A stretch of DNA of 62,861 bases, filler included, from Craspedostauros australis (Eukaryota), in assembly GCA_030167865.1 (NCBI GenBank). It is 13 parts of 13 records of this genome, joined end to end, with 100 filler letters (N's around TTAATTAATTAA, not from the genome) between each part and the next. Parts side by side here need not be neighbours in the genome. Positions count along the whole stretch, not along the records: positions 9,316 to 17,648 come from JALAGF010004271.1; positions 17,749 to 21,816 come from JALAGF010004272.1; positions 21,917 to 25,894 come from JALAGF010004273.1; 10 more parts are not named here. One strand, given 5' to 3'. The notes under the pieces were generated by a model. The model did no database searches, was not told the origin of the DNA, and saw only the letters and a list, made by a program, of their open reading frames with translations. The translations under genes and the position numbers were made by a program. This document shows, piece by piece, positions 11,652 through 22,901 of this stretch. Each line of letters opens with the position of its first letter. Positions within the stretch are counted from its first letter, which is position 1.

Positions 11652-12361
11652 GAGCGCATCCATTGACGCAAAGGCGAATGAAGAGATGTGGTGGACGTCT
11701 GGAAGAATGGAAATGAGAATATATATTTATGGATCGAAAGAGAACAGAGGCCGATGGACGTCGTCGATGAGGAGGCTATTGCTTTGCCAATCCAGTTGAT
11801 GCTAGTATGGAAACATTACACACGACAGGAGGTGGAGCTCGAGTCCTCGTCACAAGTATGATACTTCATTCGTACACACGAGTATGATGCGATACGAACA
11901 AAACGATGAAGATGTGAAGTGAAGTGAACAAAAGGAGACTGACGACGAATGCACTAGAAACAGAAAGATGTGAAGGATACGTGGCTCGCAGCAGCACTGG
12001 AATAGTCCTAGTCTTTGTACTTATAACTGCATGATTACAAATGATCTGAAAAGGACCACGCTCCTGAACTCTGCGTGTGTGTATGTGCATTACAAGTACT
12101 GTTATGCATCGTACCTGGATAGAAATGCGAGCTCTAAAGTGGCAAGCGCATTGCACTGAAGCACGGACTGCGACTGCGTTCATGCCATGTGAAATCTTGT
12201 GCACACTGGCAATCCTCCTCCTCCTCCAATGTTGCAACTATGCAAGAGAAGACGCCGATGTATGGGTACGACTCTGATACGCCATGCACAAGCACTCCTG
12301 CTAATGGCGGGGGAATGAGTGGGTTATGAACAGAAGGAGACGTACTCTGCACAAAGCCAAT

Positions 12362-13311
12362 TCACTGCCGACGGCTGCCAGTGAGCACGGTGGCAGCCGC
12401 AAGAGCGATTGCACCAACAGCTGCTGCGGTCAAGACATTTTGTTGCAGATGTGACTTTGCCCGCGCAGCTGTGAGTTCCTCGATCTCCTTCTGTCGTCTC
12501 GCTTCTTCTTCTTGTCGTTTCTTTCGCCTTTCCCTGCGTCGTCGTTTGCGTTCACGTTTGCGTAGCTTGCGATCCGATACTTCGGGCGTACCTGCTGAGA
12601 CGTCCATGCTATCATCGCTGTCGCTGCTGGAGGAATCGTCCGAATCTGCAGATGACGATGCCGACTCATCTCCTTCTCCTTCGACTACTGGAGCCTTCAC
12701 GTTTGGATTCTGTGGCGAGGGCCCGAGCTTGCCAATCCGTCCCGCCGGCATTCCGGCGTTTCCATTCCAAACCAAAGTGTTCATGACACCCTCTATCTGA
12801 TCATCCTTTCCTCGAATCCTGGAGTACATGTGAGTGTTCTTCGACTGCTCCCATTCAGTGCATTTGGTTGGCGGTTGAGCGAATATGGTTCAATGGCAGA
12901 CGCATGAGGTATTGAAGACGAAGCGAGCGTGGTGGTACGTGGTGAGTTGGAGGCAATGTGAAGATAGAAAACCAAGCTGCCCAACGATAGATTCGCGTCA
13001 TTTTTCTCTGATTTCATCTGATTGATTCATGCATGCGCATCGTGCTGCAAGGCCTGCAAGTAGAGCAACATTAGTTCACACCTGCCTGATTCGTTGATAC
13101 TCTTGGTGCAAGAGCATCATGATGACGTGCAATCCTTGCTTACCCGAATGTCCCGAAGATCACCACGGTACGTGGATTGGACAGTCGTCTCCAACTCGTC
13201 CGAGTCCTTCTTGCGTTCATTGTAGTAGGTGAGTCCGCAAACCCCCGCCAGAATGACTCCGTACGCCAGCATCTGCGGCTGGATGGAGATGGAAACTGGA
13301 GCGCGCTTCAT
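12362..13311 (-). CDS. Hypothetical protein with N- and C-terminal hydrophobic segments; exons 13311-13144 and 12844-12362
   Basis: Phase-0 intron GTAAGC 13143..CAG 12845 joins ...DLRDIR to SKNTHMYSRIR. Ser/Asp tract, Arg/Lys coiled coil, terminal helix AAAVGAIALAAATVL. Confidence 0.65.
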
Positions 13312-13920
13312 GATCGATGCTCTTCTTGCTTGCTATGCTACAGCGCCCAGATTTGAGCACAGTATTGCACTTGATGTATTCTTCGCGCTTCTTGGAACGT
13401 GTGGTAATGACAGATAATGTGTGAATCGATGCCCAGTTGGACGGTCGATAGAGTCCTCCTGACGTCCTTTTGATGTGCGAGTGCGGCTACTGTGGCTGCC
13501 CGTGTAGTATTGTGATGGATCATGGACCGTCCCACAAACAACACGCCAGTGTTCTGCCCTGTTGTTGCGCACCGCAGATGGTGGCGCGTTTTGGTTGGTT
13601 TGCGTCCTTCTCTTTTTCCATTTTGCGCTTTCTGCGATCGTGACGGCGATTCTCTTCCAGCGCCATTGTCGCTCTTTCGGTCGAACTAGTCCTTCATTCC
13701 TTCGACACGAGCTCTTCACTAACATTGCGAGCTCTACGACAAAATGGAAAAACAATGACGAAACTCAACCGTCGAACGGAAGAACGTGTGCCAAGAACGG
13801 CATCAGAACGTGCGCGACCGGCACCATCCTCATCCCACAGATCGGAAGGAAAGATTCGAAGATCCCACAAAAGTACGCCTACACCAACGCACACAAGTAT
13901 TCGTATTGTAGAGAGCATTG

Positions 13921-14784
13921 ATGAGAGTCAGCGCAGCAAGCAGACGTTTTCGTGTCATCACCACTCTTTGCCTTGCCTCATTCATCCTCTTGGCCTTCAG
14001 CGTTGACAGCAGCATAGCATCGTTCGTCCCAACTCCATCCGGCAATCCAGCAGCGACTTGCGGCAACAACGGCAGCAGTAGCATCAACACCAGCAGTAGC
14101 AGCAGTAGCAGCAGTAGCAGCAGCAGTAGCACCACCATGAGCACATACGAACAAGACGGGCCAGAGGCCAAGGAAATCGCGCAGTACCTGCCGTACTTCC
14201 CATTCAAGGGCATCCCTCGCTTCTACGACATTGGCGGATTCCTGTACGAACCAGCCGTCTTCCAAAAGATCGTCGACATCTTCGCGGAACGGTACAAGGC
14301 CCTGGATGTGGACGTCATTGCCGGCCTCGATGCCCGCGGCTTCATCCTGGGACCGCCCATCGCGCTGGCGCTGAAGAAGCCCTTCATCATGATGCGCAAG
14401 AAGGGCAAGATGCCCAACTCCATCTCGTCCGACGACTACAAAACCGAGTACGGCAACCGCTCCGGATTGACCGTGCAGCGCGACAAGATCACCAAGGGAC
14501 AGCGCGTCCTCATCATTGACGATCTGGTGGCCACGGGCGGCACCCTCAGCTCCTCCATCTCCCTCGTCAAGATGCTCGGCGGCATCGTCGTGGAATGTGC
14601 CTGCGTTGTCGAATTGAAGATGTTCATCGATCCGTCGGAGGAATCCGGCCTGCCCAACCGAACGAAGCTCTTCAAGGAGCTTGGCCACCAGGACATTCCA
14701 GTTTGGGGGCTCATCTCCGAAGATATCCTCACCAACGAGGCCGAGCTGGACAAGGACTACGTTGATGATGGCGAAGAGCATTAG
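13921..14784 (+). CDS. APRT: Adenine phosphoribosyltransferase (core from ATG 14137; in-frame N-terminal extension from ATG 13921)
   Basis: FPFKGIPRFYDI, GLDARGFILG, MRKKGKMP, YKTEYG, and PRPP-binding motif VLIIDDLVATGGT. Confidence 0.95.
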   Translation: MRVSAASRRFRVITTLCLASFILLAFSVDSSIASFVPTPSGNPAATCGNNGSSSINTSSSSSSSSSSSSSTTMSTYEQDGPEAKEIAQYLPYFPFKGIPRFYDIGGFLYEPAVFQKIVDIFAERYKALDVDVIAGLDARGFILGPPIALALKKPFIMMRKKGKMPNSISSDDYKTEYGNRSGLTVQRDKITKGQRVLIIDDLVATGGTLSSSISLVKMLGGIVVECACVVELKMFIDPSEESGLPNRTKLFKELGHQDIPVWGLISEDILTNEAELDKDYVDDGEEH

Positions 14785-15220
14785 AGGATGCACGTACGAG
14801 TGGCACTGGCATGCACATAGAAGTACTCGTCCTGACATGATAGCACGGGCACAGCACTGATATGGTAAATTGCACACCTTGCAAGCCTAACCGAACTTGC
14901 ATTCAGAGACGCATTCGTACTTAGTTTTGTGCAAGATAGTGCACTCTCTGGTGATACGATACTCGTAGGTAGACCAACGCTCATATACTCCAGAGTATTT
15001 GTCAGAGGAGTGTGCAAGAGGGTTGCGTCGTCGTTCACGTTGATTCCATTCATCCAATCTACTCTGCGCAAGTGTAGTGCTGACCTCTTCTCTGCAATAT
15101 CGTCTGCCATAACATGTTTGTACTAGTACGCCAGCAGGCGGAGTAGAACACTCTCCAGAGTGGAGTGACCTTCACTGCTCGTCTGCAACTACTTTATGAT
15201 TACTCTACTCGTCCAACACA

Positions 15221-16750
15221 TCAGAGGCTGCCGTACTGATTTTGTCCACCTGCGGCTCCCAGCGCGTTGCCCTGCTGGCGGCGTCGTCGCCTGCTGCTGT
15301 CGTGCTTAACAACGATGAGGAACACGGCCGCCACCGCGAGAAACCACAACAGGACGGGCAGGAGGACACCATTCGATGAATGTTGGCTCTCGTTCACCTG
15401 ATCGTTGCCGCGGTTTCGACCATGATACCCGTCGGCCAGGATGCCCCGAATGATGGACAGGTTGCCGTCCGATTTGTGACTATTGTCACGGTCTTGAGGG
15501 ATGCACTCCAGCTCGTGCTGAAATCTGGGATTGTGCAGCACATGCTCGTACCACAGCTCCATGATGCGCTGGGACTGCACGAGACGCGTGTCGCCAAATC
15601 CAACCCCCTTCCACTGCGGCAAGGCCTCCCAATCGCAATCGATGTAGGACCACATGCCGATGTCGTACTTTTCGATCAAGGACAGCGTGGGAGCGAACCA
15701 CATATCCCACACATCCACAGTTTCGTTGTCCAATCCGTACTGCATGAGGTTGTCCTGCCACGCCTCGCTTTCCCACTTGATGCCACCAAATGGTGTGGAC
15801 TCCGCAATCATGATGGGCTTGCTGTGGTTCTGAGCAAAGTCCATGACCTCTTCCAAGTCCTCGATGGCGCCCGCGCTGTATTCGGCCGCACGTGGTGCCC
15901 ATGGATAGAATTGCTGGAAGACGGAGACGCCGACCCAATCGACGTAGTCATCGCCTGGATAGAGCTGCGAGAGATCCACGACGCGTGGCGCCGACCACGA
16001 GTGCCAGACGAAGGCGATCTTCTCACGGCATGCCGAAGGGTCGTGCTTGCGATGCTTGTGATGATGCTTGGATTGCATCTGCTCTTCGCACATGTCCACC
16101 AACCGGGTGTACGCATCTCGGAAAGCTTGCGGATCGTCCGAGTATCCGAAGCTCGGATTGTCGAACTCGTAGCCGATCCGGAGAAAGACCTTGGGGGTCT
16201 GCGCGTCATGGAGGTAGTCGAAGAGACGCTTGATGTTGTCATCGAGATTCCCCGCGAGGATGTCCTGGCAGCCCTGAAGTCCATTCAACCACAACCCGAG
16301 TTGCAATCCAGAACCGGGCGCATACTCGAGGAGACCCGAAGCGAATTCCACGCCGCTGCCGTAGTCAACGGGGGTGTCCAACCCATGCAAGGTCTGAATG
16401 TCGGTGTAGACCATGTATGAGGATGGTTGGAAGGTGGAGAGTTTGTAGGGGGAATGGTCTTCATGATGCTGATGCTGATGATGTTTGTGTTGCTTGTGAT
16501 GTTTCTTGTGATGATGCTTGTGCTTGTCTTCGTCACCATCTTCGCCATGGTCGCCTTCGTTGCAGTCATCGCCATCGTCTTCGTCTTCGCAATCCTCGTG
16601 GGGGAGCTCATGGACGAACAGAGATTGGTTCCGGTGCAACGATGCGTCGTACTGATCCGTCACGTACCGTTGAATGGACAGCAGATCTTGCCCGATGGTC
16701 AGCCAGGTGTGCCCAGCTGCTGGCTGGCACGATGTGTCCTTTACCGTCAT
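15221..16750 (-). CDS. Glycoside hydrolase family 26 (beta-1,3-xylanase-like) with His-rich insertion and C-terminal TM anchor
   Basis: TWLTIGQDL, acid/base motif LRIGYEFD, AFVWHSW, YPGDDYVDWVGVS, nucleophile motif KPIMIAESTP. TM LLPVLLWFLAVAAVFLIVV followed by RRRRR. No intron evident. Confidence 0.82.
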   Translation of the reverse strand: MTVKDTSCQPAAGHTWLTIGQDLLSIQRYVTDQYDASLHRNQSLFVHELPHEDCEDEDDGDDCNEGDHGEDGDEDKHKHHHKKHHKQHKHHQHQHHEDHSPYKLSTFQPSSYMVYTDIQTLHGLDTPVDYGSGVEFASGLLEYAPGSGLQLGLWLNGLQGCQDILAGNLDDNIKRLFDYLHDAQTPKVFLRIGYEFDNPSFGYSDDPQAFRDAYTRLVDMCEEQMQSKHHHKHRKHDPSACREKIAFVWHSWSAPRVVDLSQLYPGDDYVDWVGVSVFQQFYPWAPRAAEYSAGAIEDLEEVMDFAQNHSKPIMIAESTPFGGIKWESEAWQDNLMQYGLDNETVDVWDMWFAPTLSLIEKYDIGMWSYIDCDWEALPQWKGVGFGDTRLVQSQRIMELWYEHVLHNPRFQHELECIPQDRDNSHKSDGNLSIIRGILADGYHGRNRGNDQVNESQHSSNGVLLPVLLWFLAVAAVFLIVVKHDSSRRRRRQQGNALGAAGGQNQYGSL

Positions 16751-18733
16751 CTTGCTCTTGCTTTTGCTGTTGAGTTGGATAGAGTATCTGCTCTTGCCTT
16801 TGCTGCTGTTTGTGATCTTTTATGATTATTGTCCGTGTTGTCAGAGGCGTTGCCGTTTGTGAAGGCGCTCCTGTTTGTGAAGGTGCTGTCTGCCATCGTG
16901 ACGAAGAGACACAAAGATAGGCACAAGAGGATCTTCTTCTCCATGCAATTGCACGAGTTCCTTCACTTTGCGGACACTTGTGCTGTGCATCCACACCACC
17001 CATTTGATGTCTGTTTGATGCGGTTTGTCAACTTTCTTGTCATGAAGAAACACTTTCTCACTCGTGATTGCCAGAATTCCTTCCATTTCCTTCACTTCGT
17101 TCATCCCAATGTAGAGTACGCACCGGAACTCCGATTTCGAGCGCGAACGTCGACAGAGATGTGACAATAGTGCGTACTCTTACGAATAGCAGCTCTGCTT
17201 CCATGGCTTCTCGGGGGGCAGTTCAAAATGCAATAATTGGCTCTATTTCATAGCGTTTAAGTCATAAATCGCTTGTTTCCGCCTAGTTCTTATCCTCGAC
17301 GGAATAATATGGCATTTTNGTTNNTTTTTGGATAATTGGTGCTTTCCCCCCAAAATTCGCCCGAGTTGCTTTCGCTCTTCGTCATTGCTCCATTTCCCCA
17401 CTTTACACTGTGTCGGTGTTTGCTGAGCGTGTTTTCGTCTCCGGTCCGCGCAAAACAAGGCTGCTGTCTTGGGCCAGCGCAGAGCACACAAAACTCACAA
17501 CCCCAACACTCTCCACAGAGATCATTGCTCCACAGAGCACTTCGTTCCTGTTACAATCACAATCACAACCACAACCACAACCACAACAATAACAACAACA
17601 ACAGGTACACCAACATCACCACTGCAACAGTGTTTCGTCCATGGGTGGNNNNNNNNNNNNNNNNNNNNNNNNNNNNNNNNNNNNNNNNNNNNTTAATTAA
17701 TTAANNNNNNNNNNNNNNNNNNNNNNNNNNNNNNNNNNNNNNNNNNNNTGCCATCAAAGACCGCAATGAATGAAGGGCAGCGACCATCAATGAACGATGG
17801 ACGAAACGCACAACAAACGAGCAAAGAGCGGCCACCCGTCGGTGGTTTTTCAACAACACAACAGCATCGGCACACTCAGCAAGCACGGTTTCCACGCGCG
17901 CAAATGACGGTGTTGCCTCCGAGGACACCTCTGTTCTCACAAAATCAATCGACCGCCAGATTGCAGATCTCCACAAAACAACGTTGAGAAACAATTGAAC
18001 GGTGATCACAAGTCCATCCGAGACCAGAACAAGCAACACTGCAAAGGTACGACCACCCTCTCAGCGGAATAAAATGATGCTCTGCATGATAGCATGACGG
18101 GTCCGACGAGGCAATGACGCGAAGCCCGCAACGAACGCACACCCACGCGGTGCACATGTCGCGAGACGCAGCAACCTGCACTTCATGAAGTGAAGCACCC
18201 TGCTCTTCCGCAAAATACCCTGCGTCATTCCGATGGCGTGATCATACCATTCCTGCAGAAGCTTCACTGTCTCTACCCCCACCTTGTTCGTGCGCATCAT
18301 CTTCCTACTCGGCCCACTCAGCTCAGCCCGACTCACGCCGCCCTGCCCAATGCTTTCTTTTCTTTTCGTCCCGCTCGTTCCGTCCTGCGCGCCGATTCTT
18401 ACCTTCGGCATTATCAACAACTCGCGACGCGAACGAACGACGCGCCATCGTTGGTTTCTTTCGTTCTACAACTACGATGGTCACACTCGTGCGTTGGACG
18501 CTAACCCGTTCGGACTCGGCATGCGCGCCAACAACCTTCTTACAAACGGCACCGCTCACGCTGCTCCACTTGCTGGCTTGATGCCCCGTGGATACCCACT
18601 ACTCTAATTGGACTCGTCCAATGCGTACGATGCGTGCATATCTCGCAATCTCCCGCTTGATCCGGCTTCATCTGCATCCACCACGAACACGAACTATAGA
18701 ACACGCGACTGAACCAACCAAGAAACAGCAAAG

Positions 18734-21700
18734 ATGGTGAACTTCAAGGTGGCCCTCGCGGCTTTGCTCTTGCTCGACAGCATGCCGAAAGCCCAAGCTG
18801 CACTGCGTGGGAACAGACTCCTCGTGGACCCAATGGATGAACTGCAGTTGATCATGAGGTCCACCCGCATGCTCAAGGACAACGTCAACGACGGCACGAA
18901 GTCCATTAAGCAGGTCAAGACCAACAACCCACCAACGGGCAACGAGCCTGACGTGGAGTCGTCGCCACCCACCGCATTGCCGACTGGATCGCCTACCGCA
19001 ACACCGAACGTCGCCTCCAGCTCCTCCCCGAGCGAAGCAGCGACGGACCCGCCGATGACCGCTCCCACATCTGCGCCGACTTCCTCACCGACAGCCGCAC
19101 CGACAATGCCCCCCGTCCCTCAGCCAACCTCGCAGCCCACACTCGAACCGACATCTGCCCCCGTCGACTTTGATTCCTCCCTCTTCATCATCTGCCGACC
19201 AGATGGCGCAACTGTCTTGACGCGAGACGAAGCACGTGGCAAGACCATCATCTGCGATGCCCGCAAGGAATCGTGCCGCGAGGCCCTGGCCGCCGTCAAG
19301 GCATCTTCGGACCTGCAGAACTTTTTCGCGTGTGCAGGAAACCTTGGCGAAGGAGCGGCACGCAGGCTGTTCAATCGCTACGCCATGAACCCGAACCTCG
19401 TCGAGCAACTCAAGGACGTGGCTGCCTCCCGAACCGCCCTCATCACGGAACGAACTGATGAGATCAAGGCCACCTGCATGACCATCGGGATGTCCCGGTC
19501 GCCGCCGGAAGGCAGCCCATGCTGTCAAGGATCTTCTGGATGCGTGGCAACGGCCGTTTCTAAAGAATCTCCTGCCCCTTTCATGACCGTTGCTCTCACC
19601 GCGTGCACTGGCGATGAAGCATGCAAGGACATGGGACTCAATCCTCTCATTCTGGGTTCTGCATGCACCGGCGTGGGTGCGTGCAAGGAAATGAACAAGA
19701 ACGACGTCGATCCTGTGACCTCAGGCGTCACCTTCGTTGGCACGGTATCATGCACCAGCGCCGGATCATGCGAGGGAGTCGGCCATCTATCCTACGGTGA
19801 TGTCGCCATCATGGATAGGTCTTGCCTCGGCTCGAATGCATGCAACGCAGCTGGACGACGTACCGCTCAGTTCTCCGCGATCCGCACGCAGAGCCATATC
19901 GACATCGGACCGAATGCTTGCGTTGGCAGCGAGGCCTGCAAGGACTTCCATTCCACCGTTAATCGTGTAACTGGTGGGAAGGCCATGGGCAGTCTGTCGA
20001 TCGGTGATCGCGCCTGTTCCCGTCGCGCCTCATGCACCGAAGTCGGGTTCAGCGATGCGATGCTGACGGACATCATTGTCCCTCCAAGTACTTGCGATAG
20101 CGTCGACAGCTGCCGTGGATGCATGACGGTCTCGTCATGCAACCGCGACGAGGTGTACCTCATCAGCGACGCTGAAGGCGCCTGTCCGAAGGGGGGCAAC
20201 AGCAACCAGCCAACTGGAGAGAAGGTAACCGATTACTGCATCGGAAAGGACACTCTTCCGACTGAATGTCCGACTTTCTCTCCTACGCCGTTCCCCACTC
20301 CTCTCGCGTCATCCAATCCGTCGGATCTCCCATCGCAGCTGCCATCTGGTCTACCGTCGATGCAGCCGTCTGATGTGCCGTCTGATATTCCAAGCGAAGT
20401 ACCCTCAATCTCACAGGCGCCGTCCGAACGCCCATCAGATCTGCCGTCTGTGCAGCCATCCGAACGCCCTTCAGATCTGCCGTCTTCGCAACCGTCCGAT
20501 TTGCCGTCTGCCATGCCGAGCTCACAGCCTTCGGATCTCCCTTCGCAGAGTCCATCGGATGTACCGTCCCAAATGCCCAGCGCCGTTCTTTCGGAGAGGC
20601 CTTCTGATATCCCGAGCTCAATGCCGTCCGATTCACCGAGCTTCATACCTACGAGAACCACAGCCCCGTCCGATCGGCCGTCCGATCAACCATCCCTTGA
20701 ACCAACCCAGCAACCATCGGAAGGCCCGAGTATGGCGCCTACGGACTCCCAGGCTCCCTCCGAAGCATCTGCTTCCCCGACCGCCCCTCCGGCTTCTTTC
20801 CAGGCTGGATGCATCACGAATCCCCAAAGTTTCAACCAAGTCATCGCTGATGTTGCTGGTGAGGTTACTTGCGATGAACCAACAGGGCCGTGTGCAGACT
20901 TTGTCAACGGCATGAACGCTTTACCAACCAGGAAGGCAAACATGGTCAAGAGCATTTTTTCATGCAGCGACGGCAAGCCGCCAAGAGCATATCCTCTGTC
21001 AATTGTTCAGCAACAATTCGACAAGATCAGGGACGATCCAGTCGTGACCAAAGCCATACTCACAACAGTGGCAACCAAGGATATATTCACTGGCGATACC
21101 AACGTCCTCGCGAGTGCATGCCAGTATAAAGACTGTTGCACCGGGACATCCGCTTGCACCACCAGCAGTCTCGGCGCGCCTATGACAGTGAGCGAAGGGT
21201 CCTGCAAGGGTGACGCGGCCTGCGCTGGTTTCAGCGTGTTTGGCATCGCCCTTGAGAGTTGCAACGGCGCCAGAGCCTGCCTCAACTTGGGCAAGTACTC
21301 TTTTCGTACCAGTCCTGAGAACAGTGGCTTCAGGCTGATCGAACCAGGTGCGTGTAATGGTGACAACAGTTGCGAAAATCTTGGCCGCAACGTGAACGGC
21401 AACATAAGAATTGAGAAAGGGGCTTGCGATGGAACCAACGCATGCCTAAATCTTTCGAACCGTCCTGGTCAAAACAGATCACCCGTGGTGAAGAACGATG
21501 TAATGCTTGGACCGAGCGCATGCGATGGAGAGTCCGCTTGCGAAGACATCCACGCAGGCAATAACAAATTCCCTGGAGGCGTCGCCATCAACAAGAATGG
21601 CTGCAAAGGAGACAACGTGTGCAAGGGTATTGCCAATGACAATCTATCGATCAGCGACATCGTCATCGAGGAGGGTGTCTGCAATGCGGATAATGGCGAG

Positions 21701-21811
21701 AGCTGTGAGGACTGCGTGATTGCACAACCGTGTACTCCTGCTTCGCTGACATACACCATCGACGACGCGAGCGAGGACTGCCCCACCGCCAGCGCAGGTG
21801 GCTGCAGCTAA
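18734..21811 (+). CDS. Large secreted Cys-rich repeat (CxGxxAC) / Pro-Ser-Thr mucin-like protein, version A (1025 aa)
   Basis: Intronless ORF with signal peptide and LRG/RLL/RML propeptide-like motifs. Two modules, each a PT or PSxxPS stalk, a Cys-containing helical part and about 6-8 [SA]CxGxxAC repeats. Confidence 0.9.
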   Translation: MVNFKVALAALLLLDSMPKAQAALRGNRLLVDPMDELQLIMRSTRMLKDNVNDGTKSIKQVKTNNPPTGNEPDVESSPPTALPTGSPTATPNVASSSSPSEAATDPPMTAPTSAPTSSPTAAPTMPPVPQPTSQPTLEPTSAPVDFDSSLFIICRPDGATVLTRDEARGKTIICDARKESCREALAAVKASSDLQNFFACAGNLGEGAARRLFNRYAMNPNLVEQLKDVAASRTALITERTDEIKATCMTIGMSRSPPEGSPCCQGSSGCVATAVSKESPAPFMTVALTACTGDEACKDMGLNPLILGSACTGVGACKEMNKNDVDPVTSGVTFVGTVSCTSAGSCEGVGHLSYGDVAIMDRSCLGSNACNAAGRRTAQFSAIRTQSHIDIGPNACVGSEACKDFHSTVNRVTGGKAMGSLSIGDRACSRRASCTEVGFSDAMLTDIIVPPSTCDSVDSCRGCMTVSSCNRDEVYLISDAEGACPKGGNSNQPTGEKVTDYCIGKDTLPTECPTFSPTPFPTPLASSNPSDLPSQLPSGLPSMQPSDVPSDIPSEVPSISQAPSERPSDLPSVQPSERPSDLPSSQPSDLPSAMPSSQPSDLPSQSPSDVPSQMPSAVLSERPSDIPSSMPSDSPSFIPTRTTAPSDRPSDQPSLEPTQQPSEGPSMAPTDSQAPSEASASPTAPPASFQAGCITNPQSFNQVIADVAGEVTCDEPTGPCADFVNGMNALPTRKANMVKSIFSCSDGKPPRAYPLSIVQQQFDKIRDDPVVTKAILTTVATKDIFTGDTNVLASACQYKDCCTGTSACTTSSLGAPMTVSEGSCKGDAACAGFSVFGIALESCNGARACLNLGKYSFRTSPENSGFRLIEPGACNGDNSCENLGRNVNGNIRIEKGACDGTNACLNLSNRPGQNRSPVVKNDVMLGPSACDGESACEDIHAGNNKFPGGVAINKNGCKGDNVCKGIANDNLSISDIVIEEGVCNADNGESCEDCVIAQPCTPASLTYTIDDASEDCPTASAGGCS

Positions 21812-22901
21812 ACATCNNNNNNNNNNNNNNNNNNNNNNNNNNNNNNNNNNNNNNNNNNNNTTAATTAATTAANNNNNNNNNNNNNNNNNNNNNNNNNNNN
21901 NNNNNNNNNNNNNNNNTGCCATCAAAGACCGCAATGAATGAAGGGCAGCGACCATCAATGAACGATGGACGAAACGCACAACAAACGAGCAAAGAGCGGC
22001 CACCCGTCGGTGGTTTTTCAACAACACAACAGCATCGGCACACTCAGCAAGCACGGTTTCCACGCGCGCAAATGACGGTGTTGCCTCCGAGGACACCTCT
22101 GTTCTCACAAAATCAATCGACCGCCAGATTGCAGATCTCCACAAAACAACGTTGAGAAACAATTGAACGGTGATCACAAGTCCATCCGAGACCAGAACAA
22201 GCAACACTGCAAAGGTACGACCACCCTCTCAGCGGAATAAAATGATGCTCTGCATGATAGCATGACGGGTCCGACGAGGCAATGACGCGAAGCCCGCAAC
22301 GAACGCACACCCACGCGGTGCACATGTCGCGAGACGCAGCAACCTGCACTTCATGAAGTGAAGCACCCTGCTCTTCCGCAAAATACCCTGCGTCATTCCG
22401 ATGGCGTGATCATACCATTCCTGCAGAAGCTTCACTGTCTCTACCCCCACCTTGTTCGTGCGCATCATCTTCCTACTCGGCCCACTCAGCTCAGCCCGAC
22501 TCACGCCGCCCTGCCCAATGCTTTCTTTTCTTTTCGTCCCGCTCGTTCCGTCCTGCGCGCCGATTCTTACCTTCGGCATTATCAACAACTCGCGACGCGA
22601 ACGAACGACGCGCCATCGTTGGTTTCTTTCGTTCTACAACTACGATGGTCACACTCGTGCGTTGGACGCTAACCCGTTCGGACTCGGCATGCGCGCCAAC
22701 AACCTTCTTACAAACGGCACCGCTCACGCTGCTCCACTTGCTGGCTTGATGCCCCGTGGATACCCACTACTCTAATTGGACTCGTCCAATGCGTACGATG
22801 CGTGCATATCTCGCAATCTCCCGCTTGATCCGGCTTCATCTGCATCCACCACGAACACGAACTATAGAACACGCGACTGAACCAACCAAGAAACAGCAAA
22901 G

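Noticed and set aside
13978..16420. Long ORFs 13978-14877 (-) and 15380-16420 (+)
   Set aside because: Antisense shadows of APRT and GH26 caused by codon bias; no motifs.
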